Assembly: GCA_963704705.1 (NCBI GenBank)
Contig: OY969931.1
Span: forward strand, 1,140,001 to 1,172,000
Direction of reading: 5' to 3'
Source of the DNA: an uncultured bacterium
GTDB lineage: Bacteria; Patescibacteriota; Gracilibacteria; UBA1369; PNNO01
Length of the DNA: 32,000 nucleotides
Below, piece after piece: positions 9,967 through 19,565 of this stretch (its first letter is position 1; every line of letters begins with the position of its first letter). The translations under genes were made by a program, and so were the position numbers. The notes beneath the pieces were generated by a model that was not told the origin of the DNA, made no database searches, and saw nothing but the letters and a program-made list of their open reading frames with translations.

Positions 9967-10614
9967 ATGCGATTTGATATCTGCACTCTATTCCCTGAAA
10001 TGTTTAAGTCTTATTTGGACGAAAGCATTCTTAAACGCGCACAGAAAGCGGGATTGCTTGAAGTGCATTTTCATAATATCCGTGATTTCAGCAAAGATAA
10101 GCATAAAAAAGTTGATGATACACCTTATGGCGGAGGAGCAGGAATGCTTATGACTCCCCAACCCCTTTATGATTGCATAACAACGGTTAAAAAGCTTAAT
10201 AAAGGGCCGGTTATTTTCATGACACCTCAGGGTTCAAAATTGACCCATACACGCACGAAAAGGTTCGCAAAGCATTACGACTCATTAATTATTGTATGCG
10301 GCCGATACGAAGGTATAGATCAACGAATTCGCGATCTTTTAATTGATGAGGAGATATCGATTGGAGATTATGTTTTAACGGGCGGAGAATTACCTGCAAT
10401 GGTGTTTATTGATACGGTGGCGCGCTTTATTCCGGGAGTGCTTGGCGATGATAATTCAGCGGAGGAGGATTCGTTTAGTCGTCGTTTGGGCGGCAAAAAA
10501 GAATATCCTCATTATACAAAGCCAGCAGTCTTCAAAGGCCTGGAAGTGCCGGAAGTTTTGCGCAGCGGAAATCACGCGGAAATAGAAAAGTGGAGGAAGA
10601 GGCATTTGAGGTAA
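9967..10614 (+). CDS. trmD: tRNA (guanine-N1)-methyltransferase
   Basis: MRFDICTLFPEMF, DDTPYGGGAGMLMTPQPL, CGRYEGIDQRI, EISIGDYVLTGGELPAM motifs. Confidence 0.97.
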   Translation: MRFDICTLFPEMFKSYLDESILKRAQKAGLLEVHFHNIRDFSKDKHKKVDDTPYGGGAGMLMTPQPLYDCITTVKKLNKGPVIFMTPQGSKLTHTRTKRFAKHYDSLIIVCGRYEGIDQRIRDLLIDEEISIGDYVLTGGELPAMVFIDTVARFIPGVLGDDNSAEEDSFSRRLGGKKEYPHYTKPAVFKGLEVPEVLRSGNHAEIEKWRKRHLR

Positions 10615-12336
10615 CTATTCCTTAAACTCCACTTGATACATTTTACTTAAAAATTCAAGCATTGCTGCTCGTACAGTTGCAGGATCTTTCCCGTTTCCAA
10701 ACAATCTATGATTTAATTGTTTGAGTCGTACACCTTTAAACCTAAAAGTGTATATTTCTTTCTTATCTTCACAATTCAGAAAATACTCAAAATCTGGATT
10801 CGCTTTAACAAATTCTATTCTCCACTTTTCATTATCCCAATTTTTAGTTTCTTTTTTATATCTTTTTAATTCTAATTGTTCTTCAATACATTGATGGCCT
10901 TGACCATAAATCAATTCAGCAAATTCAGCTAAAACAATTTTACTTGAAGTTATATTTTTAACTCTTCTATTAAATAATATATGTGCAATTTCAAGTAATC
11001 CTTTCCCTTCAATTCTAAAATTTCTCATTTCTTCACCAGTCATCGCCATAAATTCTTCTGCGGTTTTTTTGTATAACATTATTTCTTGTATCCATCTCTC
11101 TTTCGACCAATCTCCTGTATCTTTATTTAAATCAACTTTCTTTAAATATTCTTCTAAGGTTTTAGTTCTAACCGGATGAACCATATCCAAAAATACCGCT
11201 AAGTCATTATTTGAACTCGTTGGTCTAATTTTTTTATTTCCAATTAAGATTTTAGCAACAGCATCCAAATTCATCCCAAATACAACCAAAGATCTCCTAT
11301 TACCTTTAGGATTCTCGAACAATTCATCAGGGTTAGGGTATTTATCAATAAAAGCTTGTCTTTGTTCTGCCAGTGTCATTTCTTTAAACTCTTCAGCTTG
11401 AATGGAATATTCTCGAAGCATTTTTAATTCTGCTTCGTACTTTTCTCCTAAATCTCTATAAACAACTTTAGCAAATGTCAGTCTAAGCAATCTGTTTTTT
11501 GCTATTTTTAATCCACTTTGACCTAATACAACGGTTCCAACTCTTGTTATATTTTTTCCATAAAAAAACAAATTATCTAATGTTTTACTTTTAACTTCAA
11601 TGAAGGCTTCAGCAGTTTTAAATTTTGCTTTTACGGCATCTATATAGTCTTTAACTAATTCTGAATGCAGTTCTTCGGAACTTTTATCAGAATCAGCTAA
11701 ATTTGTAAGTAAATCCAAATGTATATTTCTTCTGAAACCATGTGGTGCACTTCTTCTAAATTGTCTTCTTGTTGCCCCAAATTTAATTTGTAATTCATCT
11801 TTGGTACTATTAAAAATCTTTTCCGGTTCATTTTGGCCACCAATTACAAATGTTGATTGTTCATGTTCAGGATTAATTAAAACTACCGAGTTTAATTCTG
11901 GAATATCAAAATATAAATAACTTCTCTTTATTGAACCTGCAGGTGCTATACCTTCTATAACACTTACTGTTTTAAAGTTTATTTCTAATCCTTCTAAAAC
12001 TTTGATTAATTCTTTTATTTTTGTTAATCCAAGATCAACTTTCTTTAATTTCTCACTTGATTTAGCTGTTTCATCTATTTGTTGTTCTGAATCTTTTTCC
12101 CCTGGTTTAACAATTACATTTTCTGTTTTAATGTAGTTTATTTTACTTCCCTCTAATAATTCCATTAAATTTGTATCTAAAACAGCATTTATTTTTTTTT
12201 CAATTTCAATTAAAAGATTTTCTATTAATTGAATCTGCATCTCGACATTACTTGAAGTCGGATCTATTGAATCAATCATTTCTCCAATACTCTGAATTGC
12301 AAAGCTGATTTGTTCTTGAGTTTCTGTAATAGCCAT
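10615..12336 (-). CDS. Hypothetical 573-aa protein with degenerate internal repeats in the C-terminal half
   Basis: Long uninterrupted ORF abutting trmD stop (0 nt gap). Repeat examples: FRIEGKGLLEIAHILFNRRVKNITSSKIVLAEFAELIYG / FRFKGVRLKQLNHRLFGNGKDPATVRAAMLEFLSKMYQ. Confidence 0.8.
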   Translation of the reverse strand: MAITETQEQISFAIQSIGEMIDSIDPTSSNVEMQIQLIENLLIEIEKKINAVLDTNLMELLEGSKINYIKTENVIVKPGEKDSEQQIDETAKSSEKLKKVDLGLTKIKELIKVLEGLEINFKTVSVIEGIAPAGSIKRSYLYFDIPELNSVVLINPEHEQSTFVIGGQNEPEKIFNSTKDELQIKFGATRRQFRRSAPHGFRRNIHLDLLTNLADSDKSSEELHSELVKDYIDAVKAKFKTAEAFIEVKSKTLDNLFFYGKNITRVGTVVLGQSGLKIAKNRLLRLTFAKVVYRDLGEKYEAELKMLREYSIQAEEFKEMTLAEQRQAFIDKYPNPDELFENPKGNRRSLVVFGMNLDAVAKILIGNKKIRPTSSNNDLAVFLDMVHPVRTKTLEEYLKKVDLNKDTGDWSKERWIQEIMLYKKTAEEFMAMTGEEMRNFRIEGKGLLEIAHILFNRRVKNITSSKIVLAEFAELIYGQGHQCIEEQLELKRYKKETKNWDNEKWRIEFVKANPDFEYFLNCEDKKEIYTFRFKGVRLKQLNHRLFGNGKDPATVRAAMLEFLSKMYQVEFKE

Positions 12337-12363
12337 TTTTTTATATTACAAAATGGCTATTAC
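12326..12363. repeat. Perfect 14-bp inverted repeat spanning the start codon of the 573-aa ORF
   Basis: GTAATAGCCATTTT - tttatattac - AAAATGGCTATTAC. Confidence 0.85.
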
Positions 12364-12394
12364 CGTACAGCAAAAAGGGCAATCTGTCAAGCAG

Positions 12395-12766
12395 CTATCC
12401 ATTAAACTCTTCAAAACCGAATTTCTCGCTCAAATCCGCAAGCATATGTTTTAAACCTTTTATTAAATGATTTAAATCTTCATCTGATAATGCTTCGATA
12501 TTGGGATTTTCCTTGATTTTTTTATGTAATTTCTCGAATTTATCCAAGATATGTTCATGATTTTCAAAAAATTGATCCAATTTATCGCAATATTCCTTTG
12601 CAACACCTATAAAGCATTGCTTGATAGCATCTAAATTTTCCTCAATTTGCATCCATGCCCAAAAAAAATGCTCTTTATCGCGGCTTTCGATTACTCCGAG
12701 CATTTGCTTTATGTTGTCAGCTGCCATATACAGCTTTTGGCGTTCCTGTTTTAATAAATCTTCCAT
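12395..12766 (-). CDS. Hypothetical small helical protein (123 aa)
   Basis: ORF with ordered heptad-like composition (MEDLLKQERQKLYMAADNIKQMLGVIESRDKEH...), no recognised family. Confidence 0.6.
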   Translation of the reverse strand: MEDLLKQERQKLYMAADNIKQMLGVIESRDKEHFFWAWMQIEENLDAIKQCFIGVAKEYCDKLDQFFENHEHILDKFEKLHKKIKENPNIEALSDEDLNHLIKGLKHMLADLSEKFGFEEFNG

Positions 12767-12813
12767 ATTTATATTTTAACCAATAAAATTATTTTCTGCC
12801 ACCTCTTATAGTG

Positions 12814-12842
12814 GTGACAAGCTAAAAAATCCATGTTATAAT
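12814..12842 (+). promoter_or_regulatory. Sigma70-type promoter of the P-type ATPase gene
   Basis: GTGACA - 17 nt - TATAAT; -10 ends 6 nt before the ATG, so predicted +1 is at or next to the start codon. Confidence 0.7.
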
Positions 12843-12848
12843 ATACTA

Positions 12849-15662
12849 ATGGAAACAAAAACAATCGAGCAAATCTATAAAGAATTAAACACATCAGCTG
12901 AAGGGCTAAGTTCTTCTGAAGCTGCTTCGCGTATTGAAAAATATGGTAAAAACGAACTTAAAACAAAAAAGAAAACACCATGGTGGGTTGCGTTTTTAAA
13001 GGAATTTGCAGATTTAATGGTAATTATCCTTATAATTGCCGCTGTTTTTGCTTATTTTGCAGGTGATACAAGAGACGCAGTAGTGATCTTCTTTATAGTA
13101 CTTTTAAATGCAATTATAGGCTACATTCAGGAATATAAAGCTGAAAAAGCAATTGAAGCACTTAAAAAAATGATGGCTCCAAATGCAAGAGTGATAAGAG
13201 GAGGCAAAGAAATTGAGATTAATGCCAAACTTCTAGTTCCGGGTGACATTATTGTTCTTCAGGAAGGGGACAAAATAACTGCCGATGCCAGAGTTATTGA
13301 AGAAAATGAGCTTGAAACACAGGAAGCAACTCTTACAGGCGAATCGACTCCGGTTTCAAAGCATTCAGAGCCCGGCGACCCATCAAACTTAATTTACATG
13401 GGAACAGATGTGGCTCATGGAAGCGGTAAAGCGGTTGTTATTAGTACTGGAATGCAAACCAAGTTCGGAAACATAGCAAAGCTAACTACTCAGACAAAAA
13501 AAGATAAAACCCCTCTTGAAAAAGAATTATTCAAACTTGGTATGTTCGTTGGAAAAATCACTTTGGTAATTTCAGCCATACTTATAGCGGTTGGTATTTT
13601 TATTCAGGGGCAAGACATTATATATGCATTTATATTTGCTGCTTCTGTTGCCGTTGCTGCAGTGCCTGAAGGTCTGCCTGCCACTGTAACCATAGCACTT
13701 GCATTTGGTGTTCAGCGTCTGGCTAAGAAAAAAAGTATTATCAGGCAGCTTTCATCGGTAGAAACTTTAGGTTCAACAACACATATTTGTACAGATAAAA
13801 CAGGCACGCTCACAAAAAATGAAATGACTGTTAAAAAAGTATATTTAAATGAATATGATGCACAGGTTGGCGGAGTGGGTTATATGCCATGGGGAGCGGT
13901 TCTGTTTAAATCAAAAACAAAACATCATTTTTTAATTGGTGATATTGATTCGCAGGAAGAGGAATTTGAAAAGAGAAAAACACAACTTGAAAAAATAAAA
14001 GCAGATGAAAAATCACTTTATGATTCACTTGAGATGTTGGGTACGATTTGCAATCTTTGTAATAATGCAGCACTTACACCTGAAGAGAATGAAAATCATG
14101 AAAGGGTTTATACAATGCTTGGAGATCCCACTGAAGGCGCACTTCTTACATTTGCTCAAAAAATAGGATTTAATCCTGATGAAACAAAAGAGAAATATAA
14201 AAAACTTCATGAGCTGGCTTTTGATTCGGATAGAAAAAGAATGAGTGTGATTATGAAAGATAATAAAACAGAGAAAAATTATGTATTCACAAAGGGCGCT
14301 CCGGATGCGCTTTTGGAAATTTCCAAAAAGATTATGATTAATGGAAGGATTATTAATCTGGATGAAGAAACAAAGAAAAAAATCCTTGAGAAAAATGAAA
14401 ACATGGCAAAACAGGCTTTAAGGGTGATTGGCTTTGCTTATAAAGAAATAGAAAATAAAGATCATTTTTCAATTAAAGAAGACGAGAGTGATTTGGTTTT
14501 TGTAGGATTGGTGGGAATGATTGATCCGCCAAGACGCGATATTAAAAGAGCCATTGTTCTGGCAAAAAAAGCCGGAATTAAAGTTTATATTGTAACCGGA
14601 GATCAGGGTCTTACTGCTGAAGCTATAGCAAAACAAATAGGTCTTGTTAATCATGGAGGCCATGAAATAATAACAGGCAAAGACCTCGCTGCAATGAAAG
14701 ACGAAGATCTGATAAAGATTTTTAAAGATCAGGAAAAAGAAGTTATTTTTGCAAGAACTTCGCCTGAAGACAAGCTTAGAATTGTTTCTTTATTAAAGAG
14801 CTTAGACCATGTTGTTGCTGTGACAGGTGACGGAGTAAATGACGCTCCTGCACTTAAACGTGCTGACATAGGTATTGCGATGGGTTTAACTGGAACAGAT
14901 GTTTCAAAAGAAGCATCTAATATGATACTTGCGGATGACAGCTTCTCAACAATAATTACCGCTGTTCAGGAAGGCCGCACGATTTATGAAAACCTTAAAA
15001 AATTCGTATTCTATATATTTAGTTGTAACACAGGTGAATTGATAGTTGTATTTAGTGCGGTTGTTTTTGCAATACCGGCACCTTTAACTGCAATTCTTAT
15101 TTTATGTGTTGATCTTGGAACAGATGTATTACCTGCGCTTGCGTTGGGTGTTGATCCTCCTGAAAAAGGCATTATGGAACTGCCGCCGCGTAGTCCAAAA
15201 GCTAAGATTATGGATCGCGCATTTATAGGCAGATTCCTTTATTTGGGATTATTCATTGGAGCAATTGTGGTTGGAACATACTTCTGGTCGCTATTTGAAC
15301 AGGGATGGCACTGGGGTGAGCCTCTTGCTGTAACAGATACAATGCATATAAAATCTTCAACATTTGCATTTGCGATTCTGGTATTAATTCAGATGGTTAA
15401 TGCTTATAACTCAAGAAGTTCAGTTAGATCGGTTTTTCAGATGGGATTCTTTAATAATTTATGGCTCTTGGGTTCTGTGGCTATTTCAGTTGCAACGGTT
15501 TACATGCTCGTTGAAGTACCTTTCTTTAATACATGGATTCACACTGCACCACTTGCATGGTATGAATGGCTTGTAATTATAGTCGGCTCATTCGCAATAC
15601 TGGTGGTTGAAGAAATACGTAAATTGGTGGTACGATTACGCATGCGTACAGTTAAATCATAA
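12849..15662 (+). CDS. P-type (P2A-like) cation-transporting ATPase, Ca2+ family
   Basis: LTGES, AAVPEGLPATVTIALAFGVQRLAKK, CTDKTGTLTKNEMTV (DKTGT), VTGDGVNDAPALKRADIGIAMG; P2A C-terminal domain. Confidence 0.93.
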   Translation: METKTIEQIYKELNTSAEGLSSSEAASRIEKYGKNELKTKKKTPWWVAFLKEFADLMVIILIIAAVFAYFAGDTRDAVVIFFIVLLNAIIGYIQEYKAEKAIEALKKMMAPNARVIRGGKEIEINAKLLVPGDIIVLQEGDKITADARVIEENELETQEATLTGESTPVSKHSEPGDPSNLIYMGTDVAHGSGKAVVISTGMQTKFGNIAKLTTQTKKDKTPLEKELFKLGMFVGKITLVISAILIAVGIFIQGQDIIYAFIFAASVAVAAVPEGLPATVTIALAFGVQRLAKKKSIIRQLSSVETLGSTTHICTDKTGTLTKNEMTVKKVYLNEYDAQVGGVGYMPWGAVLFKSKTKHHFLIGDIDSQEEEFEKRKTQLEKIKADEKSLYDSLEMLGTICNLCNNAALTPEENENHERVYTMLGDPTEGALLTFAQKIGFNPDETKEKYKKLHELAFDSDRKRMSVIMKDNKTEKNYVFTKGAPDALLEISKKIMINGRIINLDEETKKKILEKNENMAKQALRVIGFAYKEIENKDHFSIKEDESDLVFVGLVGMIDPPRRDIKRAIVLAKKAGIKVYIVTGDQGLTAEAIAKQIGLVNHGGHEIITGKDLAAMKDEDLIKIFKDQEKEVIFARTSPEDKLRIVSLLKSLDHVVAVTGDGVNDAPALKRADIGIAMGLTGTDVSKEASNMILADDSFSTIITAVQEGRTIYENLKKFVFYIFSCNTGELIVVFSAVVFAIPAPLTAILILCVDLGTDVLPALALGVDPPEKGIMELPPRSPKAKIMDRAFIGRFLYLGLFIGAIVVGTYFWSLFEQGWHWGEPLAVTDTMHIKSSTFAFAILVLIQMVNAYNSRSSVRSVFQMGFFNNLWLLGSVAISVATVYMLVEVPFFNTWIHTAPLAWYEWLVIIVGSFAILVVEEIRKLVVRLRMRTVKS

Positions 15663-15665
15663 AGC

Positions 15666-15890
15666 ATGTACTTAAGAATAAAAGTTCATCCTAAATCAAA
15701 AGATTCGGGAGTGTTCGACACAATGGAGGACGGCACTTTAAAAGTGCGCGTTAAAGCACCGCCTGAAAAAGGCAAAGCAAACAAAGAGGTAATAAAGGTA
15801 TTAGCCAAAAAATATGGTGTTAAAAAGAGCGAAGTTGAAATTGTGAGCGGGGCTACCGATCAGATCAAACTAATAAAAATCTCCAAATGA
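15666..15890 (+). CDS. DUF167 / YggU family protein
   Basis: LRIKVHPKSKDSGV...LKVRVKAPPEKGKANKEVIKVLAKKYGVKKSEVEIVSGATDQIKLIKI. Confidence 0.9.
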   Translation: MYLRIKVHPKSKDSGVFDTMEDGTLKVRVKAPPEKGKANKEVIKVLAKKYGVKKSEVEIVSGATDQIKLIKISK

Positions 15891-16612
15891 TTCAGGCGAA
15901 AAAATCTTTAGGCCAGAATTTCTTGAAAGACCGTTCGGTTTTGATGAAAATTGTTGAAGCTGCGGAGCTAAGCGATTCGGATTATGTTGTTGAAGTCGGG
16001 CCCGGTAAAGGTGTGCTGACCCACGAGTTGATTGAACGAGCCGGTCACGTTACGGCGATTGAGCTTGATCACAGGCTAATTCCTGAATTAAGTAAAATTG
16101 AAGGTTTGGATTTGATTCATGGAAACGCTTTGGACTTTCAGCCACCTGAAGAACCTTATAAGGTTGTTGCCAATATCCCCTACTATATAACTTCGCCTTT
16201 GATTTCGCACTTTCTTGAAGCTAAAGTGCGGCCAACAAAAATGGTTTTGCTTGTTCAAAAAGAAGTTGCGGAAAAAATCTGCGCCGAACCCGGTGATATG
16301 AATGTTTTGTCGATTCATGTTCAGGTTTTTGGGAAGCCGAGGATTGTATGTAATGTTAAGGCTTCGGCATTTGATCCAGCGCCAAAGGTTGATTCCGCTG
16401 TAATTGTGATTGATGTTTATGAAAAGCCTTTGGTTGAAGATTACAAGAAGTTCTTCGGAGTTGTTCATCGCGCTTTTAGCGGTAAGCGAAAAAAGCTTTC
16501 AAATACATTGCGGGATTTAAAGCCGCGATTGATTGAACTTGGCTTTCAGGACTTAAGACCGGAAAGGCTTAGTGTTGATGATTGGAAAAAATTGGGGATT
16601 GGGCAGTTTTGA
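15887..16612 (+). CDS. rsmA: 16S rRNA (adenine1518/1519-N6)-dimethyltransferase
   Basis: KKSLGQNFLKD, VVEVGPGKGVLTHEL, VVANIPYYITSPLI, FDPAPKVDSAVI; ATG overlaps preceding TGA by 4 nt. Confidence 0.95.
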   Translation: MIQAKKSLGQNFLKDRSVLMKIVEAAELSDSDYVVEVGPGKGVLTHELIERAGHVTAIELDHRLIPELSKIEGLDLIHGNALDFQPPEEPYKVVANIPYYITSPLISHFLEAKVRPTKMVLLVQKEVAEKICAEPGDMNVLSIHVQVFGKPRIVCNVKASAFDPAPKVDSAVIVIDVYEKPLVEDYKKFFGVVHRAFSGKRKKLSNTLRDLKPRLIELGFQDLRPERLSVDDWKKLGIGQF

Positions 16613-16624
16613 GACTTGCCTAGG

Positions 16625-17017
16625 TCAGGTGGGGTCGTCGGTGAAGTCGAAGGACTGCTGGGGATCGTTGGCTCTGAGTTGCTGTTCGTGAAGTTCTGCG
16701 AACTTGGGCAAGCCGTACACGGCTATATAAACCATCGTCAGCAAAACAGAAATATTGATCGTGCCGGGGTCTGTTGAGGGACTAAAATATTCAGCCATCA
16801 GCAGCAAAAGAAGAATTGCCAGATAAATCAGTGAAGAGAATAGTCTGAAGCGCTGTCTGATGCTGACGATACAGATGACGAGACCGAAGCCCAGTTGCAC
16901 CTGAAGAGACAGCATCGTCTTCCACTCGAAGTAGTCATGCAAACTCGCAAAAATAAAGAGCGGAATGATCAGCCAAAAGGACCTGAAGGCAATCCTGGCG
17001 ATCTGCTTCGTGGACAT
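16625..17017 (-). CDS. Small hypothetical membrane protein (130 aa, ~4 hydrophobic segments)
   Basis: ORF with hydrophobic helices (FWLIIPLFIFASLHDYF; FGLVICIVSI; SLIYLAILLLLLMAEYF; ISVLLTMVYIAVYGL) and an AAGGGG SD-like sequence upstream. Confidence 0.7.
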   Translation of the reverse strand: MSTKQIARIAFRSFWLIIPLFIFASLHDYFEWKTMLSLQVQLGFGLVICIVSIRQRFRLFSSLIYLAILLLLLMAEYFSPSTDPGTINISVLLTMVYIAVYGLPKFAELHEQQLRANDPQQSFDFTDDPT

Positions 17018-17179
17018 TTTATATCCCCTTCCCGGAAGTTATTCAACTTCCTGCAGTTGTTGTTCGAATCAAAGAGCGACAGTAGTTAGGTTTATTTCAG
17101 CTAAACCAAAAGCAAAGCGATTACACCTTATACTACCTGAATTAAAATTATGCATTACTATTGTTATTTTGTCAACCTA

Positions 17180-18106
17180 TTATAAAACTGATTTTAAATC
17201 TTCCTTCATAGCAATTACCGCTGCCCTTGCAGCTTCTGCGTAAGTCTTTTCATCGAATGAATCGTTTTTTTCATACGCAAAAATCACACCCCTTGAAGAG
17301 TTAACTATCGCACCCATTCCATCTTCATTAAAACACGCACGCACATCTTCTGCGCCTCCTCCTTGCGCGCCGTATCCCGGAACCAAAAATATTGAATTCG
17401 GCATAATTTTTCGCAATTTTTTTGCCTGTTCAGGATAAGTTGCGCCAACAACCGCTCCAACAAAACTATATCCGCTTTCACCAATATCGTCCGCTCCCCA
17501 TGAATCAACAAAGTTACCTAAAATTTCATAAACTGTGTTGCCATCATCCATTTTTAAATCCTGAAGATCAATTGATGTTGGATTTGAAGTTTTAACCAAA
17601 ATAAAAATACCTTTTCCGAATTTTCTGCAATTTTCAATAAAAGGCTTAATTCCGTCATATCCGAGATAAGGAGTAACCGTGATCGCATCAGCATCAAAAA
17701 CAGCCCGCGATTCACCATAAACATCAGTCATTCCCAAATATGCATCAGCGTAAGCTTTTGCAGTTGAACCAATATCATTTCGCTTAACATCAGCAATAAC
17801 TAAAAGCCCTTTGCTCTGGGCATAATCAATTGTTTCTTTAAAAGCCTGCATTCCGGGTGCTCCATAAATTTCATAAAATGCAATCTGCGGTTTAACACAT
17901 GGTACCAAATCATGAACCGCATCAATAATTCCTTTGTTAAATTCAATAATCGCTGCTGCTGCCGCAACAAACGGGTCTTTTTGTTCTTTTGCCGCTGCTT
18001 CAGTTATTTGCTGAGGAATCTGATTTAAACGCGGATCCAAGCCAACGCAAATCGCGCTGCCTTTAGCTTTAATTGCCTCATTCAATCTATCTGCAAAATT
18101 TTTCAT
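17180..18106 (-). CDS. pyrF: Orotidine 5'-phosphate decarboxylase (type 2)
   Basis: AICVGLDPRLNQIP, LLVIADVKRNDIGSTAKAYADAYLG, VVGATYPEQAKKLRKIMPNSIFLVPGYGAQGG. Confidence 0.95.
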   Translation of the reverse strand: MKNFADRLNEAIKAKGSAICVGLDPRLNQIPQQITEAAAKEQKDPFVAAAAAIIEFNKGIIDAVHDLVPCVKPQIAFYEIYGAPGMQAFKETIDYAQSKGLLVIADVKRNDIGSTAKAYADAYLGMTDVYGESRAVFDADAITVTPYLGYDGIKPFIENCRKFGKGIFILVKTSNPTSIDLQDLKMDDGNTVYEILGNFVDSWGADDIGESGYSFVGAVVGATYPEQAKKLRKIMPNSIFLVPGYGAQGGGAEDVRACFNEDGMGAIVNSSRGVIFAYEKNDSFDEKTYAEAARAAVIAMKEDLKSVL

Positions 18107-18109
18107 AAA

Positions 18110-18748
18110 TTATTTACGGTTAGGTCCCCATTCCTGAGGATTTTTGAAATATTCACGAACCTGCTGGGCTTCTTCTTCAGTTACATTTCCACCTTTAACT
18201 GCAACATCAAGCAACACTGAAACATTTGTTAAAGTAGAAGCTGCCACGCTTGCCTCTCTAAAGCCGTTTTCTGCTTTCTCGGTTCCATAAGTGAAAATAG
18301 CAAAAACATCATGAACAATGCCTTTGCCTTCACCTCTTAAAGCTTCAACGGTTTTAAGTGCGCTTCCGCCGGTCGTAATTAAATCTTCAATAACCAAAAT
18401 TGATTTTCCTTCAGGAAGATATCCTTCAATTTGTTTTCCTGCGCCGTGACCTTTTGGTTCAGATCTTACATAGACCATTGGCAATCCCATTATTTCAGCA
18501 ACAAATGCTGCCCATGGAATTCCCGCAGTTGAAGTTCCGGCAATATAATCAGGCTTCAATCCTTTTTCCTCAGCCATTTTCACAAGACCGTCCACAACAA
18601 CGCTTCGCTCATCAACATAAGAAATCAAAACACGGTTGTCAGTGTAGATTGGGCCTTTTAAACCAGAAGTATATTGAAAAGGTTCTTTAACATTTAATTT
18701 AACGGCATTCACCTTCAGCAGAATCTCCGCAACTTGGGGTGCAAGCAT
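18110..18748 (-). CDS. pyrE: Orotate phosphoribosyltransferase
   Basis: FQYTSGLKGPIYTDNRVLIS, PRPP motif VLVIEDLITTGGSALKTVEAL; ORF overlaps pyrK by 50 nt (start uncertain). Confidence 0.94.
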   Translation of the reverse strand: MLAPQVAEILLKVNAVKLNVKEPFQYTSGLKGPIYTDNRVLISYVDERSVVVDGLVKMAEEKGLKPDYIAGTSTAGIPWAAFVAEIMGLPMVYVRSEPKGHGAGKQIEGYLPEGKSILVIEDLITTGGSALKTVEALRGEGKGIVHDVFAIFTYGTEKAENGFREASVAASTLTNVSVLLDVAVKGGNVTEEEAQQVREYFKNPQEWGPNRK

Positions 18749-19565
18749 TTTCTTTTGGGGTTATAAAATATTCTTTTTTTCCAACGCTGTCGCGATGATA
18801 TTTTCCAAAGTCATCAAACATTTTTGCGACTTTAAAGTTCATTACGGGTCCGCTTACGCAAGTTCTTATTCCAAGCGGATCAACAACGCACTGACCGCAG
18901 ACTCCGAATCCGCATTTCATGTATCGTTCTATTGAAACAAACGTATTAACACCTGCATTTTCTCCTATTTCTCCGACTTTTTGCATCATAATTTCAGGAC
19001 CGCATGTCATAATTTTATCAACTTTTACATCTTCTAAAACCTTCTTCAAAACTTCTGTGTTGTATCCTTTAAACCCTTCTGATCCGTCATCAGTTGAAAT
19101 ATGTAAATTCACATTTTCGAGCGCTTTTAATTTTTCCATATAAACCAAATTCTCTTTGCTTCGCGCTCCTTCAATAAATTCAATTTTGCATCCCATTTTT
19201 ACTGCTTCATGAGCAACAAAATAAAGTGGAGCCGCGCCATAACCTCCGCCAACAAGAGCCAATGTTTCACCTTCAACAAAATGAAAGTTTGTTCCGAATG
19301 GTCCCCTAATTCCAAGCTTATCTCCCACTTTCATTTTTGCCATTTCTTGAGTTGTTTTGCCACGCGAACAAATGGTTAAAACCAGCTGCTTGCCATCATC
19401 AAGCGCAATTGAGATTGGCTTTTCATCAACCCCGGGCATCCAAAGCATTACAAATTGGCCGGGTTTTGAATCCAAACTTATATCAAAATAAAAATTTTTA
19501 ACGATTTCATTTTCGTCTTCAATTTTTACAATTGGCACTACTTTTGGGAGTTGTTCTTTGTTCAT
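18699..19565 (-). CDS. pyrK: Dihydroorotate dehydrogenase electron transfer subunit (FAD/2Fe-2S)
   Basis: FVMLWMPGVDEKPISIAL, LGIRGPFGTNF, cluster motif CGFGVCGQCVVDPLGIRTC. Confidence 0.92.
   Translation of the reverse strand: MNKEQLPKVVPIVKIEDENEIVKNFYFDISLDSKPGQFVMLWMPGVDEKPISIALDDGKQLVLTICSRGKTTQEMAKMKVGDKLGIRGPFGTNFHFVEGETLALVGGGYGAAPLYFVAHEAVKMGCKIEFIEGARSKENLVYMEKLKALENVNLHISTDDGSEGFKGYNTEVLKKVLEDVKVDKIMTCGPEIMMQKVGEIGENAGVNTFVSIERYMKCGFGVCGQCVVDPLGIRTCVSGPVMNFKVAKMFDDFGKYHRDSVGKKEYFITPKENACTPSCGDSAEGECR

Noticed and set aside
16088-16468. 126-aa antisense ORF in rsmA
   Set aside because: Antisense to conserved methyltransferase motifs; Asn-rich spurious composition.
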